64,000 bases of DNA, taken from positions 89,760 through 153,759 of the IMG/VR virus record IMGVR_UViG_3300050190_000082, one strand, 5' to 3'. Positions 1 to 8,883 of the stretch are shown here, piece by piece. The notes beneath the pieces were generated by a model. It was not told the origin of the DNA. It was given only the letters and a program-made list of their open reading frames with translations, and made no database searches. Source of the stretch: a virus. Made by a program: the position numbers and the translations under genes. Each line of letters opens with the position of its first letter. Positions within the stretch are counted from its first letter, which is position 1.

Positions 1-3000
1 CCTACAGAAACAGTGGCTCCATAGAAATAGCAACTATTGTCGAAAGAAGATATATCTGTATGTATTACTCCACCTGCATCCATACTCGCGACATTAAGAC
101 TATCCCCACCCTGTGCTACCGAATGTATCATAGTTAGGTATGGAAGATTGTATGAACCGCTAGCTCCGATACCCATTTCGAAACATTGTGTTGTTCCGTT
201 GAACCCTTGTATTGTAGACTGCTGTATTGATACATAATTTGAATCCGCAGTCTGTAGGGTTGACCCTGTAATAGTTACCCCTGAAATAGTCCCAGCTATC
301 AAATTTCCAGGAATTGAAACATTTCCATCTGCACTAATGGTAACAGGATTCTTACCTGTCATACCAAACTGAGCAGAGCCATCTACATTAAGCATAAATG
401 TTGGTTGATTAGCATTATATGTAACTATACCGATTGTGGAATTTGTTCCACCTAAGACATCCCTTCCCATTGCAACACCTGTTAATATTGGTGATGATGC
501 CGTTCCAGCGTTACCGTTAACATAGGTGCGACCCTCAAATGATCCGTTTATACCAGCAAATATCTTAGGTGTTATGATTGAATCACCTGAGATCGTTACC
601 TTTAATCCATTCCATTCTGATACCCAATCTAATAGGTTAGCATCTACTCCGTTTGTCCCATTCATTCCATTTGTACCGTCAGTGCCTTTGATTAACGCCC
701 ATATATACATACTGACTGATAAGGAATCCGCTAACGTAAAGTCTGTATATTGACCTAAATAAGTACCCACAGTTTCGCCAGAATTTGCAGTAAATGTAGC
801 TCCCCCATCATTAGAATATTTTATATGGAGATAAGATGTTTGACCATTTGTTCCATTTACCCCAGGAGTTCCGTTTGTCCCATTATTCCCGTTTAATCCA
901 TCAATTCCTTTAATTAAGTTCCAGTTATATGCAGATGGTGAACCAGAACTACTAGAGGTATAATCAACATATGTCCCTATATAAGTTCCACTTGTATAAT
1001 TAAATCCAGATGAACCATCTGAACTATTCGCATATGCTACATGAAAATAAGTCGTTTGACCAGTTGCGCCCGTATTACCTTGGACTCCTTGAGCCCCTGT
1101 GTTACCAGTATCCCCTTTTGCTACTATACATATCCAGTAAGATGGATTACCAACTGGTATTACTCCATAGCTAGTAGCTGACACACAAGCATATAAACTT
1201 CCTAAATAATTTACTGTGTCAATATATGACGTGTTATTTACATAGGTTGTACCAGACATCCATGCTCCCATATTACGATAACTTACACCTGTTGCACCAG
1301 TTGCTCCACCAGAAGGTCCTATTGGTCCTATTGGTCCTTGTGCGCCTTGGATAGCCAATGTTCCCCAATAGGTAGTATCTGATACTGGGTGATTTAAGTT
1401 ATTGTCCACTTCGCAATAATATGAACTAGCTCCATCTGTTACAATGTCTGTATAGAGTAAATTGTTGGCATAAGTTGTTGAAGCATTCCATATACCCATT
1501 GCTCGAAAACTCTTCCCTGTTGCTCCTGTTGCTCCTAACGTCCCATTTATACCATTCGCTCCAGGTGTTCCTGTAGAACCTTGTTTAGCTTTACTATAAG
1601 TAAACCGTTTTGTACCAATTAATGTTCCAACACCAGCAGATTTAATATCTAAGTCAATATAACCAGAATCGACAGTAGAGGGAACATAAGTTATAGTAAC
1701 TGATCCACTTGTTCCATCAGATGAAGTAATAGCAGGACTTAATATTATTCCTGAGTCTGATTTTGTGTTAAGATAAGCTACATAATTTGTACTAACATCT
1801 GTTGAACCCTGATAGACCTTAAATCCCGTACTCGCTCCTGTATAAGATGTTACATTCCCACTATTGTCTGCAACTAATGTAACATCTTCATTGGTTAGGA
1901 AAATACTGAAACTATCAGAACCATCTTGAACTTGCACTAATGTTACTGTATCAGTTAATGTATCACATACAACACTATTACTATTCGCCCCCGATACAAC
2001 ACATTTATAAGCATGTTGTTTGTCAGTAATAGCGAAATCAGATGAATTTGAAACAGTATAACTACTAGAAACAGCATTAGATATTAATACACCATCTTTA
2101 TACCAAGTATAAATTGGAATTGGAGTAGCATCAATATTTTGTAAATTTGCTGTTAAAGTAATTGCAGAGGGAGTTACTATTCCTGCTTTATTCATACTAA
2201 AAACTTGTCCAGAAAAACCTAATGCCATGTCATAAGCTAAACCATCTTTACCATTATATACATCATTGATTGTGATTTGACCTCTTGCTATATTAATTGG
2301 CGTAGTCAATGTTTGAATATCACACACAAATGTTGCTTTTCCATCTACATCAAGATCAGTAATAGTTATTGATTTATATGTCGCACCAGTACCTTCCCAG
2401 CTACCTGTGCCTTTCCATACATGGTCAAGTGTTCCATCCTTATCATAACGAGTCCAAATGTATGTATATTCAACACCTGTAAGATCAACCTCAACTCCTG
2501 ATTTCCATATGTTTGTAGTTAAATTTGTTGACCCCACACCTTGAAGGAAAACTATACCATTACTTGCTGAAATATCAATTTGAAGTGGGTCAGTTTTATC
2601 AATAAAACTAATAATATCAAAACATGATTGTCCAATAGTTGAACTACCAGCCATATTATCTGTGATAATGCATTTAAATGATTCATAATTTAGTACAGTT
2701 GTATCCATAATTGTTAATTCATTCGTATTATATCCAGAACATCCAGAGAATGTTGCATCTGCATTAATAGGAGTCCATACTCCTTCAACTATAATATACC
2801 ATTGATAAGATACACCAGAAGTCTCTATTACTGATCCTCTCCACATATCACAATGAGCTTGTAAAGAAGGTGAAGCACCATTATTGAAAATCGCTCCATT
2901 AGGGGCATAGGCTACAGCCATAATTGTTGTTCCTTCATTTATAGAACCCCCAGTGATAGGTGAACTATTACTAGAATTTTTATCTATATAAATATCAGAA

Positions 3001-3287
3001 ATATCTCCAAATGGGGAAGTTAATAATACTACATCATTAATCTGAAGAACTACTCCTGATTTATTTGATAAATGTGCTAATAATGAGGAAGTAGTACCAT
3101 GATTTACTGATATATCAGCGTAAGTATCATTATCATAAGTTTGTACAATAGTACCATAATAATGTTTTGCTATTGGTTGACTATCAATTCCCTGTTTAAC
3201 CCATTTTTTAACTTCTTTCATAAATTGATTCTGTTGTTTGAAATTTAATACCTGTTTTGATGGTGCTGTCGTTATTTTTGTTGTCAC
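1..3287 (-). CDS. Large tail fibre / host-specificity protein, runs off window edge (>1095 aa); not in supplied ORF track
   Basis: GTG at 3287 after GGGGTGA RBS; frame checked open at several points down to base 1; collagen-like G-X-Y runs (QGAQGPIGPIGPSGGATGATG), YFHVAYANS/YLHIKYSNDGG antireceptor-type motifs, W-x4-Y...Y-x-C small CBM-like repeats. Confidence 0.85.
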   Translation of the reverse strand, partial: MTTKITTAPSKQVLNFKQQNQFMKEVKKWVKQGIDSQPIAKHYYGTIVQTYDNDTYADISVNHGTTSSLLAHLSNKSGVVLQINDVVLLTSPFGDISDIYIDKNSSNSSPITGGSINEGTTIMAVAYAPNGAIFNNGASPSLQAHCDMWRGSVIETSGVSYQWYIIVEGVWTPINADATFSGCSGYNTNELTIMDTTVLNYESFKCIITDNMAGSSTIGQSCFDIISFIDKTDPLQIDISASNGIVFLQGVGSTNLTTNIWKSGVEVDLTGVEYTYIWTRYDKDGTLDHVWKGTGSWEGTGATYKSITITDLDVDGKATFVCDIQTLTTPINIARGQITINDVYNGKDGLAYDMALGFSGQVFSMNKAGIVTPSAITLTANLQNIDATPIPIYTWYKDGVLISNAVSSSYTVSNSSDFAITDKQHAYKCVVSGANSNSVVCDTLTDTVTLVQVQDGSDSFSIFLTNEDVTLVADNSGNVTSYTGASTGFKVYQGSTDVSTNYVAYLNTKSDSGIILSPAITSSDGTSGSVTITYVPSTVDSGYIDLDIKSAGVGTLIGTKRFTYSKAKQGSTGTPGANGINGTLGATGATGKSFRAMGIWNASTTYANNLLYTDIVTDGASSYYCEVDNNLNHPVSDTTYWGTLAIQGAQGPIGPIGPSGGATGATGVSYRNMGAWMSGTTYVNNTSYIDTVNYLGSLYACVSATSYGVIPVGNPSYWICIVAKGDTGNTGAQGVQGNTGATGQTTYFHVAYANSSDGSSGFNYTSGTYIGTYVDYTSSSSGSPSAYNWNLIKGIDGLNGNNGTNGTPGVNGTNGQTSYLHIKYSNDGGATFTANSGETVGTYLGQYTDFTLADSLSVSMYIWALIKGTDGTNGMNGTNGVDANLLDWVSEWNGLKVTISGDSIITPKIFAGINGSFEGRTYVNGNAGTASSPILTGVAMGRDVLGGTNSTIGIVTYNANQPTFMLNVDGSAQFGMTGKNPVTISADGNVSIPGNLIAGTISGVTITGSTLQTADSNYVSIQQSTIQGFNGTTQCFEMGIGASGSYNLPYLTMIHSVAQGGDSLNVASMDAGGVIHTDISSFDNSCYFYGATVSV

Positions 3288-3322
3288 TTATATTTCACCC
3301 CATTGGAATAATTATTTATTAC

Positions 3323-4483
3323 TTATATGGTGGTCATAGTTAATCTGTCTTCAAAATCAGATGAATCGGAAAATAAGAATCCAGTTATTGTCATTGGTGA
3401 TTTAGCCGTTAAACCTAGTTGAAACTGCTGGATTATATATTTCTTTGCGTAACATCCAATAGAGTCATCTGATATAATAATTGCCTTATTAACATCTAGA
3501 TGAAGTAAATTTATACTACTTATTGATATATTTTCTTGTACTCGTTTTGCTTTAATACCTTCCATTTTTGCTCTTTGATTACATAATTCATTAGAACTTA
3601 TTTTTGAATCTGTAATTACTGGCATAGGTTTATCGCCTATTAATTGAACTCTAGTATTTGATGTTAAATCATCATTAATATATTCACCTGTATATGTAAT
3701 TCCACTTGATGACGAATTTCCAACAACATAAACGTGATTGAAGGTTTGTGAGTATTTCAAAATTCTGCTTGAACCCATATAAGCTACTTGATCTGTAGAA
3801 AAGGTATATATCGTTTCAACTACACTGGCATCGCTAAATTCTTTAAATACAAAATGTCCTGTTGTGTCATAATATACTTCTCTGCTATAAAGATTAGCTA
3901 GACTTTTTAATACATCTCCATAAGTAGAACTTTCTGCCCAACGAAGGTCAAAGGGAGGGGCATCAGGTAAATCTTGTAATATGGGAGCTTTCTTATCTCC
4001 AACTAATTCTAATATGCTTCTTATAGCATTAACAACGGAAGAGCCAGAGGGGATAATATATATATGTCCTATTGGAATATCAAGTAGACTCCACTTATCT
4101 TGACAGTTTAAAGTAACCTTTTTCTCACTAAAATTACTAGTAATAGAAGGATCTGAATTAAAAACACAGAAGATACCTTGTGGAAACCAAACTTCATTAT
4201 CTTGACCGTCTTTATATCCTAAATATAATTGGAATTTAAATCCTATCCATAGCGAATCTATCGAGGGCAAAAAATCTTTATTACTATTATCTAATATTAA
4301 AGATAAACTTCTTCTAACCCCATTTGTAATATCACAAGTTAGAGAAGATGAATCTAGGGGAAGTTTAATTATTGATGATTGAGCAGATTCGTCATTTCTC
4401 AGAAACTCTAAACGACATAATGGGAAAAGTATTCTTGAGTTTAAGCACTGAATATATTGCTCAAATGACATTTGATTTGCCAA
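3323..4483 (-). CDS. Putative baseplate hub / tail protein
   Basis: 386 aa ORF, position between distal tail genes and fibre; GVRRSLSL..WFPQGIF..DKWSLLD pattern of phage tail hub proteins. Confidence 0.65.
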   Translation of the reverse strand: MANQMSFEQYIQCLNSRILFPLCRLEFLRNDESAQSSIIKLPLDSSSLTCDITNGVRRSLSLILDNSNKDFLPSIDSLWIGFKFQLYLGYKDGQDNEVWFPQGIFCVFNSDPSITSNFSEKKVTLNCQDKWSLLDIPIGHIYIIPSGSSVVNAIRSILELVGDKKAPILQDLPDAPPFDLRWAESSTYGDVLKSLANLYSREVYYDTTGHFVFKEFSDASVVETIYTFSTDQVAYMGSSRILKYSQTFNHVYVVGNSSSSGITYTGEYINDDLTSNTRVQLIGDKPMPVITDSKISSNELCNQRAKMEGIKAKRVQENISISSINLLHLDVNKAIIISDDSIGCYAKKYIIQQFQLGLTAKSPMTITGFLFSDSSDFEDRLTMTTI

Positions 4484-4515
4484 ATTATATCACCTTCTTG
4501 CTATCATATCTTTTA

Positions 4516-5445
4516 TTATACGTCTCCTACTTCATTCCAAGGTATTGTTACATCTACAAGAGATTGTGCATTATCGCCTACCGCAATTACATCATTTAAT
4601 TTATAATCAAATGTATTTGCAGTAGATTCAGTAATCACCTTAATCAATTGCCCTGTTTTGCTCTTTAGGTACTTATATTTTTTATCATGCAAAAATGTAC
4701 CTAAACTTTCTAAGTAATCGCTCCACCGAATTTTTGCATCAAAATCCAACAAACCATTAGAATCGAAGGGAATTAACTTTGAAGTTATCGCACCAGACCT
4801 AAAATTTCTATTACTTACAACGAATGTATCAAATTTTGTATAATTCTGAAGCATTGTAGTATTTGAGTTAATCGTTACTTTATCGCTCGTTGTATCAATA
4901 TCAAATTTATACACCTCAACATTAGAATTAATATCAACATCCATACTATCTGCGTCCTGAGAAATTATAAAATATCCATAGAATGATGTCTTCTGAATGT
5001 CCGTAATTATGGGTTCACTTATCTGAGTAGCAGAATTAGCAAATAATAAATATTCATAGGATTGATTCCCTTCACATTTATAATCAATCCAACTCGTTAT
5101 ATCAGGATTTACTGTCGTAACTAAAGTTAATATATCACCCTCATATATTCTTCTATATAGTGACCAACTTACAGGGCTATCTACCAGTCCGAATATATTA
5201 CTTCCATCTAAAGTATTATTAAAACTTGCTAGAAATTTTACATCAGGAGTCCATGATGGTAATGTACTTATGCTTGTAGTTAAAACTTGTGAATCTGTTT
5301 TTACATAGTTTTGTATTGCTATTGAATCTAATGTACAGTTACCATTAAAGGTAAAACCAGTATGTACTTCATTATGCAAAGACACATCAGTTATAATTGT
5401 CTGGATTCCCGAAGAATCCATTAAAAATCCATTATTAGTTGACAT
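4516..5445 (-). CDS. Putative distal tail/baseplate protein, C-terminal piece
   Basis: 309 aa; FN3-like segment (WSLYRR..WIDY..YEYLLF) and Dit-like C-terminus ending WNEVG. Confidence 0.6.
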   Translation of the reverse strand: MSTNNGFLMDSSGIQTIITDVSLHNEVHTGFTFNGNCTLDSIAIQNYVKTDSQVLTTSISTLPSWTPDVKFLASFNNTLDGSNIFGLVDSPVSWSLYRRIYEGDILTLVTTVNPDITSWIDYKCEGNQSYEYLLFANSATQISEPIITDIQKTSFYGYFIISQDADSMDVDINSNVEVYKFDIDTTSDKVTINSNTTMLQNYTKFDTFVVSNRNFRSGAITSKLIPFDSNGLLDFDAKIRWSDYLESLGTFLHDKKYKYLKSKTGQLIKVITESTANTFDYKLNDVIAVGDNAQSLVDVTIPWNEVGDV

Positions 5446-5480
5446 AATTTATCACCATCCAAAAGCTACATATTGGTATT

Positions 5481-5969
5481 CTAACCATAGTAACTTATTC
5501 CAACTTGCAAGATTGTTGCTGTTACTGTAATTCCGAAAGTATTCTCATTAGTGTTTTGCACTACAGTCCTAACAGTCGTTGAGTTAAGTCTAGAATAACT
5601 TAGTAGCCGTACTGATTGAACGTAGTTAGGTGTCTTCAATCTAACACAAATATGATCATCATCATACACCTTAAAAGGAGATGGCATAGTAATATCAATG
5701 GTACGAGTCTCAAAGGGATTTAACGTTGGTGTAACATGACTTTCTACAAGAGTGTTATACCCATATTTCTTAGTTACGCTTTGTGCGTCATGGACTATGG
5801 AACTTTCATTAAGTTTTGTCGTTGTTGTGAGCATAGAATTGGAAGCACTTGCAATAGCATCAGAAGCATTTGCATTAGCTATTACTGCTCCTACTATATC
5901 TCCAAAGCTATCTGTGCTTGCAGAACTACCTGTATCTGGTATCTGTATTCCATTTGCCGTAGTTTTCAT
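5481..5969 (-). CDS. Short tail fibre / receptor-binding-like protein
   Basis: 162 aa, strong AGGAGG RBS; N-terminus MKTTANGIQIPD..D....ANAN.SD resembles RBP anchoring segment. Confidence 0.5.
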   Translation of the reverse strand: MKTTANGIQIPDTGSSASTDSFGDIVGAVIANANASDAIASASNSMLTTTTKLNESSIVHDAQSVTKKYGYNTLVESHVTPTLNPFETRTIDITMPSPFKVYDDDHICVRLKTPNYVQSVRLLSYSRLNSTTVRTVVQNTNENTFGITVTATILQVGISYYG

Positions 5970-6000
5970 AAATGATACCCCTCCTTTATTAATATGTTAT

Positions 6001-6699
6001 CTAATTATTTGTTTGTACCATAAAAGCAACAGGATAAGTAAACATGTCAGAGACTTTTAAATCAACTATATTTTTAACTTTATTGTATACGTTATATTGT
6101 CTAATTATTGCTCGATCAGGAAGACAAATTATATAGAATGGATTTTCTGTAATTTTAATCAATTCGCTGTAATTTGTTATCCCATTTATTATTGTGTAGA
6201 ATTTTTGTTGACTAAGATTATATCCAATCTGATATTTGCTATCATTAGTTGTCCATATAATTCCATCAAATGTTTTAGGTATTTTAATCATAAATGAAAA
6301 TGTAGAATTTGAAGGAATAATTGATGTAGAATAATTTAAAGTTGTACCTACATTTAATGATAATGCAGTATTACCATAATTAATAAAATTATCAACATAA
6401 TTAAATCCACCAGATATAACTCCTGGATTTGTACATATATTTGCCCAATCTATTTGAACTGCCGACTTATCTAATATTTCAGTAAGAATAGGTTTATTTA
6501 AAACTTTTAAAGTTGGATATGATACATTGAATGTTTTTTGTTGAGATAAAATTAATCCTAATCCACCATTAGGATTTTGACTTTCTATTTCTAAATCAAT
6601 CATATAAGTATTTGTATTATTGAATCCGTCCATAAAGTAGGTTAAGTAGGAAGAATAGACATCTCCAGAACTGGAAATCAATGTTTGAGTTGTTTGCAT
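6001..6699 (-). CDS. Putative distal tail/baseplate protein, middle piece
   Basis: 232 aa beta-rich ORF with RBS; begins mid-FN3-like domain (LISSSGDVYS..TYFMDGF). Confidence 0.55.
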   Translation of the reverse strand: MQTTQTLISSSGDVYSSYLTYFMDGFNNTNTYMIDLEIESQNPNGGLGLILSQQKTFNVSYPTLKVLNKPILTEILDKSAVQIDWANICTNPGVISGGFNYVDNFINYGNTALSLNVGTTLNYSTSIIPSNSTFSFMIKIPKTFDGIIWTTNDSKYQIGYNLSQQKFYTIINGITNYSELIKITENPFYIICLPDRAIIRQYNVYNKVKNIVDLKVSDMFTYPVAFMVQTNN

Positions 6700-6712
6700 T
6701 TTATATTTCCCC

Positions 6713-7462
6713 CTACTTATAAACTCTATATTCTATAGTTTCTCCAGTTGCTAAAGACCAACCGTTCAATACAATTGTATTTGCATCAGCATCAATGGTA
6801 TAATTATCACCTAATTTTATTAGACTTCCAAGATCATAAACGTCTATAGCAATTTTTGTAATATCTATTTGACTAAGTATTGATGAGGCAATTGGAATTA
6901 CAGATGTATTATCTACTGTTGCGGTAAAAATTTGAATAGCTTTTAAAATGCTATTAGTTCTATCTAAATTTCTTACATGTTCTCCCACACTAACCCATAC
7001 AAAACCAGATGAGTCTGTTCTGGTGTCAACAAGTTCAGAGTCTTTACCAGTTCCATTACTTGTTACAATATTCGCTACTTGTGACTGAGCATTAGTAGCA
7101 GTGGTTAAAGCATTATCCGCTACGACTACTGCATTATCTGCTGTAGTCATAGCTAAATTAGCAGTGGTAACAGCACTGTCTGCTGTAGTCATAGTCCCAT
7201 CTGCTGTATCTTTCGCTAAATTAGCAGTGGTTAGAGCTTGCGCAATATTACTAATTGCTGTATTTGCAGTATCTATTGCTCCATTCACTGATGTAGTTAT
7301 TGCTAGTAAGTCACTTTGGTTAGGTACGTCGATATTTGAATTTACTGTGCCAATGACGATCCTGCCTTCGTCTTCTACGATTGCTATCTGCCCATCTGAT
7401 AAAATGGGTAAATTTGCACGCAAACCCCTACTATGTTTCATCATATCTACTTGGGTAGCCAT
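6713..7462 (-). CDS. Side tail fibre with Mtd-N-like anchor and alanine/threonine heptad coiled coil
   Basis: N-terminal RG.RANLP.L.DGQIA..EDEGRI.IG motif; TAD/TAN heptads; ELVDTR motif. Confidence 0.65.
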   Translation of the reverse strand: MATQVDMMKHSRGLRANLPILSDGQIAIVEDEGRIVIGTVNSNIDVPNQSDLLAITTSVNGAIDTANTAISNIAQALTTANLAKDTADGTMTTADSAVTTANLAMTTADNAVVVADNALTTATNAQSQVANIVTSNGTGKDSELVDTRTDSSGFVWVSVGEHVRNLDRTNSILKAIQIFTATVDNTSVIPIASSILSQIDITKIAIDVYDLGSLIKLGDNYTIDADANTIVLNGWSLATGETIEYRVYK

Positions 7463-7482
7463 CTATATAACCTCCTTTATAA

Positions 7483-8808
7483 TTAAAATGTTCCTTCATC
7501 TACACTTATCCCACTGAATACTGAACCAAATGTACCTTCATCAATAACAGAACCATTAACAGATTGACCAAAATACCCCTCGGTTATCTGGTAATTTATA
7601 GCATATAAACTATAATTATATTTCTTTATTGGTATATTTTCTGCTTGACTATAAGTAGAAGTAAATGTGAACGATTTGTTTGTAATTGTAGTTGGTGCAT
7701 TTAATACTGAAGTAGGAGTTGACATCGAAGTGAAGATCATTTCGCCTGAAGAAACGTTTTCGCCATTATTATTATTGTTCCAAAGAGTAAGTTGCCATTT
7801 AATTGCTCCTTTTTGTGTAATAGTATTTGCAGGGAGTGTAAAACTAAATAATTGTTTGTCATAAAGCATTGTTGGTAATGCAGTTTTATTTGATGTTTTT
7901 AAACTATCAAAATAACAAAAAGAATTACTAGATTGAGAACTTTTGCTTCCAGTTAAAGTAATTTTAATTGTATGATTTGAAAGTGCTAGATTTGTATTTG
8001 TAAATGCTAACACATTCAAGTCATAAGTTGGGGAATACAAATCAATTATTCCTTGGTCTATACCATCAATAGAAATTTGAATTGTTCCACTATCAGGTGT
8101 TTTATCCATATAAATATCTATTCCATTAGCTAAGAATGTATATTGTAAATAAGAACCCCCATTGCTACAATTCTTTGAACCATTTGTATTCAAAACTTGA
8201 AGATAATCGAGGTCAATTCTAGAATCAGCAGAAGAACTATTTTTAGTACCTAATACTAGAAATTTTATAGTATGACTTCCATATGCTAAATTTGTAATAG
8301 AATAGGCTAAAGTTCTAAAATTATTGCCATTTATTGATGTTCCAGCGATATAAGTATCTATTGTGCCTTCACTTAATCCATCTATAAATACCTCAAAGAT
8401 TCCTTTATCTATGCCAAATGTAAAATATGTATTTATACCAGTTCCTAAAAATGTGTATTGAGCATAATCATTTGCTAAATTAGAATGGTGATCCGTACCG
8501 TTGTAGTAATGAGGATCACTATTCTGAAGCCATCCATTACCATAGTATTGAATTAATGGATTTGTATCATCTATAGTTTGATTTGTTGCTGTTGTCCATG
8601 TTCCAGAATATGTAATACCAGAGTTTGAATTGGGAATAGTTACAGAGGAACCTGAGTCATAAAGAATTTGGTTGTCAAGAGATTTTACAGTTACCTGAAA
8701 ACTGTCAATTTGCAAGCCGTTCACGATTGCTGACATTACTAAATCATTTTTTAAATCACAACAGACGTTGTAGGGACTCATTCCACTTGGCTGATATATG
8801 GTTTGCAA
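7483..8808 (-). CDS. Putative distal tail/baseplate protein, N-terminal piece with two carbohydrate-binding-like modules
   Basis: First gene after tape measure; two YTF.(G/A).GI...IDG...HTIK..GxK modules; ends with twin DEGTF motifs. Confidence 0.65.
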   Translation of the reverse strand: MQTIYQPSGMSPYNVCCDLKNDLVMSAIVNGLQIDSFQVTVKSLDNQILYDSGSSVTIPNSNSGITYSGTWTTATNQTIDDTNPLIQYYGNGWLQNSDPHYYNGTDHHSNLANDYAQYTFLGTGINTYFTFGIDKGIFEVFIDGLSEGTIDTYIAGTSINGNNFRTLAYSITNLAYGSHTIKFLVLGTKNSSSADSRIDLDYLQVLNTNGSKNCSNGGSYLQYTFLANGIDIYMDKTPDSGTIQISIDGIDQGIIDLYSPTYDLNVLAFTNTNLALSNHTIKITLTGSKSSQSSNSFCYFDSLKTSNKTALPTMLYDKQLFSFTLPANTITQKGAIKWQLTLWNNNNNGENVSSGEMIFTSMSTPTSVLNAPTTITNKSFTFTSTYSQAENIPIKKYNYSLYAINYQITEGYFGQSVNGSVIDEGTFGSVFSGISVDEGTF

Positions 8809-8883
8809 TTTTAATTCACCACCTTAAAATAGAGATGGGTAATACTATCATAAAGATAAATCACCCATCTATTACTTATATTT

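Noticed and set aside
7095-7235. DNA direct repeats in fibre gene as recombination sites
   Set aside because: Simply encode the heptad coiled-coil repeats
6713-7462. Diversity-generating retroelement suggested by Mtd-N-like domain
   Set aside because: No reverse transcriptase or TR/VR adenine-mismatch repeat seen in the window
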